Source of the DNA: Patescibacteria group bacterium
GTDB taxonomy: Bacteria; Patescibacteriota; WWE3; CG2-30-40-12
Assembly: GCA_018817085.1 (NCBI GenBank)
Contig: JAHIUT010000038.1
Location: forward strand, 9,441-73,440
Length of the DNA stretch: 64,000 bases
Reading direction: 5' to 3'
How positions within the stretch are numbered: position 1 is the first letter of the stretch; each line of letters opens with the position of its first letter. Below the pieces are notes generated by a model. It was not told the DNA's origin. It saw only the letters and a list, made by a program, of their open reading frames with translations, and made no database searches. Both the position numbers and the translations under genes were made by a program. Positions 58,438-64,000 of this stretch are shown here, one piece after another.

Positions 58438-58851
58438 CTAGTCGGTAGCGTTGAGGTCTTCCAACCACACCTTAAAAGACTCCGCCAGCAATTCGCAGAT
58501 TTCATCCGCATCCTTTCCCGGTTCTGGACAGTCTTTGCAGTACACTGCAATAGATCTATCCGCTCTGGAATTGTCTATTTTTTTCTCATCCGTTCCCCAA
58601 GGGAACAGAACAGCAACGCTTCCTGCTCCTTTGTTGAAAACAAGTCCCCAAAACCACATATACTTGTCATCTGTTGTGGGGCAAAGGATTTGTTTGTATC
58701 CCGCTACCCTTCTTCCGCTCTCTTCCAAGCACTGTCCATTGAAATTTGTAGTTCCACTGTCGTATAGTCTATTTAGCTCCTCTATAGCTTTTGGGAAATA
58801 AGGAAAGCCAAATCCCGCCAGTTCTGCTGTCGGATGTTTTTCCAAACTCAT
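58438..58851 (-). CDS. Hypothetical protein
   Basis: SD AAGGAG upstream of ATG 58851; 137 aa. Confidence 0.65.
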   Translation of the reverse strand: MSLEKHPTAELAGFGFPYFPKAIEELNRLYDSGTTNFNGQCLEESGRRVAGYKQILCPTTDDKYMWFWGLVFNKGAGSVAVLFPWGTDEKKIDNSRADRSIAVYCKDCPEPGKDADEICELLAESFKVWLEDLNATD

Positions 58852-58989
58852 TTTACCGCTCCTTTCTCTTTGGGAGGATTTTATTAGCAACTCAACAGTT
58901 GCTTTGGCTGTTATTAAAGGAAATTTTAGCACAAGGGAGATAAGAAGTAAAGACCATGCAGGAAATATCAGTTTAATTGGAATTTCATT

Positions 58990-59020
58990 GGGGTGCGGAC
59001 CCCTTCGGGGTACCGACCCC
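58990..59020. repeat. REP-like doubled palindrome
   Basis: GGGGTGCGGACCCC-TTC-GGGGTACCGACCCC; related to GGGGTGCGGGACCCC at 42128-42142. Confidence 0.65.
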
Positions 59021-59069
59021 TAAAACAATTACCCTTTGAAAAAGATAAAGACTTTGTTAAGATGGTATT

Positions 59070-59822
59070 ATGATATCCCTGTCCAAAATATCCACAAACG
59101 GTAAATTTATGTTTTTAGCTTACGACCACGGCTTGGAACACGGTCCCTCCGATTTTAATGATGTAAATGTAGACCCTAACTATATTCTGGACATTGCCGT
59201 CAAAGGCGGTTTTAGCGCTGTTATCCTTCAAAAAGGCATTGCCGAAAAATATTATGCCCCCTCAAAGAATAATGTTCATTTAATTATTAAACTCAACGGT
59301 AAAACCAATCTTGTTGAAGAGGAACCTTATTCCGCTCCGTTGTGTACGGTGGATGAAGCTATAAAACTAAAAGCTTCCGCGGTTGGCTATACCTTATATG
59401 TTGGTAGTAAGTTTGAGAGTATGATGTTTAAAGAGTTTGGCAGAGTGGTGGAGGAGGCCCATTCAAAAAACATTCCTGTTATAGCGTGGATGTATCCGCG
59501 GGGGAAAGCGGTAAAAGGTAGAGAAGATTCAAGAGAAATTTTGGCTTATTCGGCAAGAGTTGGTCTTGAACTGGGAGCGGATATCTTAAAACTTCATTAT
59601 GCGGGCAATGTCCTTGACATGGAATGGGTGGTAGAAAGCGCTGGAAAAGCAAAAGTTGTTATTTCTGGAGGAATGAAAGAATCGGAAAAAGAATTTTTAA
59701 AGGACTTAAAAGACGCTATGAAAGCAGGATGTTCCGGAGTAGCGGTGGGGAGGAATGTTTGGCAGAGAAAAACCCCCCTGCCTTTTGTTAATGAGATTTA
59801 TGGAGTAGTAATGTGTGGATAG
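59070..59822 (+). CDS. Class I fructose-bisphosphate aldolase (DhnA-type)
   Basis: AYDHGLEHGP, KLNGKT, WMYPRG, ELGADILK, SGG, GRNVWQ. Confidence 0.9.
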   Translation: MISLSKISTNGKFMFLAYDHGLEHGPSDFNDVNVDPNYILDIAVKGGFSAVILQKGIAEKYYAPSKNNVHLIIKLNGKTNLVEEEPYSAPLCTVDEAIKLKASAVGYTLYVGSKFESMMFKEFGRVVEEAHSKNIPVIAWMYPRGKAVKGREDSREILAYSARVGLELGADILKLHYAGNVLDMEWVVESAGKAKVVISGGMKESEKEFLKDLKDAMKAGCSGVAVGRNVWQRKTPLPFVNEIYGVVMCG

Positions 59823-59841
59823 TATATTGGTTTTAGATAAC

Positions 59842-59977
59842 ATCTCAAATGTCAAATTTCAAAACTCAAAGCCACAACTTAAATATCAAATCTAATTTTA
59901 ATGCAACTGTGTGAGCTATGGCGAGATTTAAGTTTTGACATTTGGATTTGATATTTGAGTTTTGCGTTTTGAGATTT
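59842..59977. repeat. Inverted array of degenerate 7-mers
   Basis: ATCTCAA ATGTCAA ATTTCAA AACTCAA... then TTTGACA TTTGGA TTTGATA TTTGAGT TTTGCGT TTTGAGA. Confidence 0.7.
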
Positions 59978-59982
59978 GGCTT

Positions 59983-60951
59983 ATGCTTGATTTACTAACT
60001 TTTGGACATACAACTACAGATGTTTTTTTGGAAATTTCAGAGGCAGTTGTTAAATGCGATGTGAACCATAGAAACTGCCAAATTTGTTTGGATTATGCTG
60101 AAAAAATCCCAGTTAAGTCTTTTCACCGCACAATAGGAGGTAACGCCCCTAATACCGCAGTTGGCGTATCCCGCCTTGGCCTTTCCGTAGGTATCGTGTC
60201 CAATATTGGAAAAGACGCTAATGGAGACTTCGTTCTTGAGGTTTTGAGAAAAGAGAAGATAAAAGATTTAAAATACATTAAACGAGATGGTTTTGGAACG
60301 GATTATTCCACCATTATAAATTTTAAGGGAGAAAGAACAATTTTAGCGTTTCATGAAAAACGAAAATATGTTTTTCCTTCAAATACAGTTTCTGCTAAGT
60401 GGGGGTATTTAAGTTCTATGGGGGAAGATTTTGAAAAATTTAATGAAAAGTTTTTAGATTGGGCTAAAAAGTGCAATGTCAAAATAGGTTTTAACCCCGG
60501 AATTTATGAGCTTAAGGCGGGAGTTTCTAAAATAAAAAATGTTCTCTCTGTTTGCGAACTTTTAATAGTAAATAAAGAAGAAGCGGAAAGTTTAGTTTTG
60601 AGCGGGTCCATAACTTTGAATAAAGATATAAAGGAACTTCTTACCGGGCTTTTTAGTTTGGGGCCAAAAATTGTGGTTATTACTGATGGGAAAAACGGAG
60701 CGTACGCTTACGACGGCGCCGAGTTTTTGAAGAGGTCTGTTTTTCCGGGGACGCGGGTAGAGATGACTGGGGCGGGAGATTCGTTTAGTTCGGGGTTATT
60801 ATCCGCCCTTATTTACGGTAAAAGTGTAAAAACAGCGCTAAGATGGGGTTCGGCAAATTCTTCTTCGGTTATTCAAAAAGTGGGGGCGATTGAAGGACTT
60901 TTAACAGAGTGGCAAATGTATAAGGTGTTACGGGCAAACCTTTCCCCATAA
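59983..60951 (+). CDS. PfkB family carbohydrate kinase
   Basis: GGNAPNTA..VSRLG, NKEEAE, ITDG..G, TGAGDSF. Confidence 0.92.
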   Translation: MLDLLTFGHTTTDVFLEISEAVVKCDVNHRNCQICLDYAEKIPVKSFHRTIGGNAPNTAVGVSRLGLSVGIVSNIGKDANGDFVLEVLRKEKIKDLKYIKRDGFGTDYSTIINFKGERTILAFHEKRKYVFPSNTVSAKWGYLSSMGEDFEKFNEKFLDWAKKCNVKIGFNPGIYELKAGVSKIKNVLSVCELLIVNKEEAESLVLSGSITLNKDIKELLTGLFSLGPKIVVITDGKNGAYAYDGAEFLKRSVFPGTRVEMTGAGDSFSSGLLSALIYGKSVKTALRWGSANSSSVIQKVGAIEGLLTEWQMYKVLRANLSP

Positions 60952-61452
60952 TCCCCTTTTCTCTTCTCGCGATATCCTTTCCGCTTGCAAAAATGTTTCT
61001 TGGTACGCTACATCCGGCGGAAAAGTTGATACTTTAGCATACCCTTCTCTAACTAAATATTCATTAACAAACATCCCGTCCACAAATACATATCTAAGAA
61101 GCCTATCATATTTATCGGTTTCGGAAATATCCTTTTCAAGTTTTACAATTTTCCCCTCAACCAACTCTTTGTTTTTGTCCAGGGATTTTTCCGCAAAACA
61201 TTTTGTTGTTCTGTTCTTGCTGTTCATTTCCGGGCTATTTATTCCAATGTATCTAACTTTTTCTCCGGTTTCCAAAACAATAGTATCCCCGTCGATAACA
61301 CGAGTTACCTTATATTGTCCTTCTGGAAGTTCTTTAACAGGAGGTGTATTCTCCTTTTCTTTCCAACCAGTCCACAGCAAGTTTATGCCAACTATAAGTA
61401 GGGTTAGTAATAAGGTAAAAATGGATTTTTTTCTTAATTTCATTATTTCCAT
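60928..61452 (-). CDS. Thermonuclease (SNase) family protein
   Basis: RVIDGDT, VRYIGINSPE, DKYDRLLRYV, RGLW; N-terminal TM. Confidence 0.92.
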   Translation of the reverse strand: MEIMKLRKKSIFTLLLTLLIVGINLLWTGWKEKENTPPVKELPEGQYKVTRVIDGDTIVLETGEKVRYIGINSPEMNSKNRTTKCFAEKSLDKNKELVEGKIVKLEKDISETDKYDRLLRYVFVDGMFVNEYLVREGYAKVSTFPPDVAYQETFLQAERISREEKRGLWGKVCP

Positions 61453-61493
61453 TGTACATCATATAACCATTCAACCATTCTTTTACCTTTTGA

Positions 61494-61533
61494 GATTGCT
61501 TTGTCAGTCACTTCGTTCCTTTCTCGCAATGAC
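61494..61533. repeat. REP-like element (GATTGCTT...CTCGCAATGAC)
   Basis: Inverted relative to 62240-62265. Confidence 0.65.
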
Positions 61534-61579
61534 GGGGGTATTAATTATTAGTTGGGGGCATGCCCCTATGAATCCAAAA

Positions 61580-61978
61580 CTACTCAAGTTCTAGCAGATT
61601 TTTCTTTTCCTCAAAAACGATTCTGAATTGTTTGAAAAACGCTTCTCTTCCCAGTAGATTAAAGGAGACCAAATACTCATGAGAAAAAACCACGGGACAG
61701 ATAAACTTCTTGCCTGCAATTTCTATCTCTAGTTTGTGGACATATCCTTTGATTCTTCCACCAACTCCTCCTAGATAAGTTTCTTTGCCATTTTCTATTG
61801 CAATTCCAAGTTGTTCGGCAATCTCATCTTTAAACACAGAAATAGTTGCTCCTGAATCAATTAAAGCGTGAAACTTGAGTTTTTTACCACCCGCGGATAC
61901 ATACAGAGGAATTGCTGGGAAATACCCCTCGCCATTATAATAATACTTGAAAATAGCAGGGGTGTTTTTCTTGCTCAT
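61580..61978 (-). CDS. Retropepsin-like aspartyl protease
   Basis: ALIDSGAT, GVGG, LLGR. Confidence 0.85.
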   Translation of the reverse strand: MSKKNTPAIFKYYYNGEGYFPAIPLYVSAGGKKLKFHALIDSGATISVFKDEIAEQLGIAIENGKETYLGGVGGRIKGYVHKLEIEIAGKKFICPVVFSHEYLVSFNLLGREAFFKQFRIVFEEKKNLLELE

Positions 61979-62184
61979 AAGATATAGGGACCTTCGCCTT
62001 TATAGGGCACTTTGAAAGCGGCAGCAACTTTTTCGTCGGGAATCTTGTTTTTAGTATCAGAAGTTACCAGAGGACTTATTTCTTTTAATGTTTTGCCGAC
62101 AGCGATTATTCTATCTTCCAAAACCGCTACCCATTTTCCAGCGTATTTTCCCATATTTTTAGTAGAAGTATTTATCTTTTCCAT
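61975..62184 (-). CDS. DUF5678-like small protein
   Basis: KYAGKWVAV...IIAVGKTLKE...FKVP; ATGA-coupled to the protease. Confidence 0.8.
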   Translation of the reverse strand: MEKINTSTKNMGKYAGKWVAVLEDRIIAVGKTLKEISPLVTSDTKNKIPDEKVAAAFKVPYKGEGPYIL

Positions 62185-62239
62185 AGTATGTCCATCTTAA
62201 CAAAAATTGAAAGAAGAAGTCAAACACTAGTTGCGTGGC

Positions 62240-62278
62240 GTCATTGCGAGCGGAGCGAAGCAATCCCGATGGGATTGC
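62240..62278. repeat. REP-like element (GTCATTGCGAG...AAGCAATC)
   Basis: GTCATTGCGAGCGGAGCGAAGCAATC, then the start of an inverted copy (GGGATTGC). Confidence 0.7.
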
Positions 62279-62347
62279 CCTCGTTAGGCTAAATTATTTT
62301 GCATTTGGGACTTTAACTCCTTCTAATCCTGTGGCATAATATATTTA

Positions 62348-64000
62348 ATGGGAAGAAGGAGAAGAAAAAGGTCTCTAAAATTTAAAATAGAAAAAGATGT
62401 GTTGTTGTCTTTAATATCTGTTTTCCTGCTTTTAGTGGCGGGGTTGTTGTTCATTTCCCTTTTTGCGTCCGCGGGCAGTATAACCTCAATATTTAAAGAG
62501 ATTTTAGGCGAGGTTTTTGGTTCCACCGCGTTTTTTGTACCGGTTTTTATTACTTATTTTGCCTTACTGCTTATAAGGACTTTGCGGTTTAGACTTTTAC
62601 AGACACGGCTTTTAGTTGGTTTGTTTCTTTTGTATGTTTCTGTAACAGGTATTTTTTCTCAAAAGGCGGGTCTTGTTGGTATGAAAATATTTAATACTGC
62701 GACAAACGCTTTTGGAGAAATTGGGGCGAGTATAGCTTTTGTCGGCTTTTTTGGCATATCCGTAATTTTAATATTTAATTTAAGTCTGGATTCGGTTTTT
62801 GACTTTTTTGAAAAAGTTTTTCATAAGCTTCCAAAATTTAAATTTCTTCTGCCAAAAAATATAGCTTTAATAAAAAAGGATATGGTGCTTGAAGAAAAAT
62901 CTTCCAGCGAAGATGAAACAGACAAAGATTTTGAGGAAGATAGGGCAGAAGAATTTAAAATAGTACCCAACATATCCGAACCTGTTATTAATGGAGGTTC
63001 CCATAAAGAGATGGGAGTGGTTAGAACTCCCATCAAGTCAAACATTCCTTATCCCGACAGAGTTTGGGAATATCCGCCTTTAGATGTTTTAGTTGACGCG
63101 CCTCCTGTTGCCGCCGATAGGGGAAATGTAAAAGAGCGCGCGCAAACTATAGAAAAAACCTTGGAATCTTTTGGAATTCGTTCACACATTGTTGAAATAA
63201 ATATGGGGCCCACGGTTACGCAGTACGCTTTGGAGGCCGCCAAAGGCACCAAAATAGCGAGAATCACTAACCTAGCAAACGATTTAGCTTTATCTTTGGC
63301 GTCTCCAAATGGTATGGTTAGAATAGAAGCCCCTATACCGGGAAAATCGTTAATAGGTATTGAAGTGCCTAATTTTTCGCCTTCTCTGGTTACTTTAAAA
63401 AGTATTTTGAGTTCCGAAATTATGAAAAATACCCGTTCAAAACTTGCGGTGTCGCTGGGGCACGATGTTTCGGGCAAACCTTTTATTGCGGATATTGGCA
63501 AGATGCCACATGTTCTTATCGCAGGCAGTACCGGAAGCGGGAAATCTGTTTTATTAAATTCTTTTATCACCACGCTTTTGTTTAGGTGTTCGCCAAATGA
63601 GTGTAAATTTATATTAATTGACCCTAAGAGAGTAGAGTTTGCTTCTTATGCGGACATTCCTCATTTATTGACTTCGGTGATAGTAGAACCCGAAAAAGCG
63701 GTACCCGCTTTAAAATGGGCAGTTATGGAAATGGATAGAAGATATAAATTATTTGAGAACGCTAAAGTGCGCAATGTTGATGCTTTTAATGAAATGTCGG
63801 GGTTTCAGGCGCTACCTTATGTGGTGATTTTTGTGGACGAGCTTGCTGAACTTATGAGTTTATCTAAAACCGATGTGGAAAAATCGGTTTGTCGTTTAGC
63901 GCAAAAATCTCGGGCTACCGGTATCCATTTAATATTGGCAACGCAAAGACCTTCGGTGGATGTTTTAACTGGTTTAATTAAAGCCAATATCCCCTGCCGA
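62348..64000 (+). CDS. ftsK: DNA translocase FtsK (partial, runs off the window end)
   Basis: ATG 62348, N-terminal TMs, GPTVTQY, RIEAPIPGK, MPHVLIAGSTGSGKS, IDPK, DELA, ATQRPS in one frame; not in the ORF track. Confidence 0.95.
   Translation, partial: MGRRRRKRSLKFKIEKDVLLSLISVFLLLVAGLLFISLFASAGSITSIFKEILGEVFGSTAFFVPVFITYFALLLIRTLRFRLLQTRLLVGLFLLYVSVTGIFSQKAGLVGMKIFNTATNAFGEIGASIAFVGFFGISVILIFNLSLDSVFDFFEKVFHKLPKFKFLLPKNIALIKKDMVLEEKSSSEDETDKDFEEDRAEEFKIVPNISEPVINGGSHKEMGVVRTPIKSNIPYPDRVWEYPPLDVLVDAPPVAADRGNVKERAQTIEKTLESFGIRSHIVEINMGPTVTQYALEAAKGTKIARITNLANDLALSLASPNGMVRIEAPIPGKSLIGIEVPNFSPSLVTLKSILSSEIMKNTRSKLAVSLGHDVSGKPFIADIGKMPHVLIAGSTGSGKSVLLNSFITTLLFRCSPNECKFILIDPKRVEFASYADIPHLLTSVIVEPEKAVPALKWAVMEMDRRYKLFENAKVRNVDAFNEMSGFQALPYVVIFVDELAELMSLSKTDVEKSVCRLAQKSRATGIHLILATQRPSVDVLTGLIKANIPCR

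Overview
AT-rich bacterial chromosome segment using the standard code (TGA = stop). Gene content and style point to a Patescibacteria (CPR) genome, probably the Microgenomates/WWE3 group (inference, not searched). The housekeeping backbone includes groES-groEL, rnhA, aspS, secY-adk-map-infA-rpmJ-rpsM-rpsK-rpsD-rpoA-rplQ-rplM-rpsI, rmuC, uvrD, rnj, udg, mutS-mutL, pnp-rpsO, alaS, ruvX-mltG, aldolase/PfkB kinase, ftsK, tRNA-Leu(CAG) and tRNA-Pro(CGG). Several accessory blocks interrupt it. Top observation: a ~1.6 kb integron-like element at 55516-57193. It has a short tyrosine recombinase lacking the IntI-specific insertion, an attI-like site, an ORF-less cassette and a one-gene cassette. Each cassette has an attC-like hairpin and matching terminal inverted repeats. 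The whole unit is bracketed by a 63-bp diverged duplication of the mltG 3' end. Other notable items: speD plus a BpsA-type branched-polyamine synthase beside groESL; a tRNA-Pro restriction-modification island with two homologous putative endonucleases and a 28-bp direct repeat; an RM pair inserted between secY and adk; a family of modular 13-bp palindromes with a filled/empty-site pair; a candidate structured RNA upstream of rpsO; a consensus promoter facing hicA; and apparently widespread leaderless genes. All calls come from reading motifs by eye, with no database searches.
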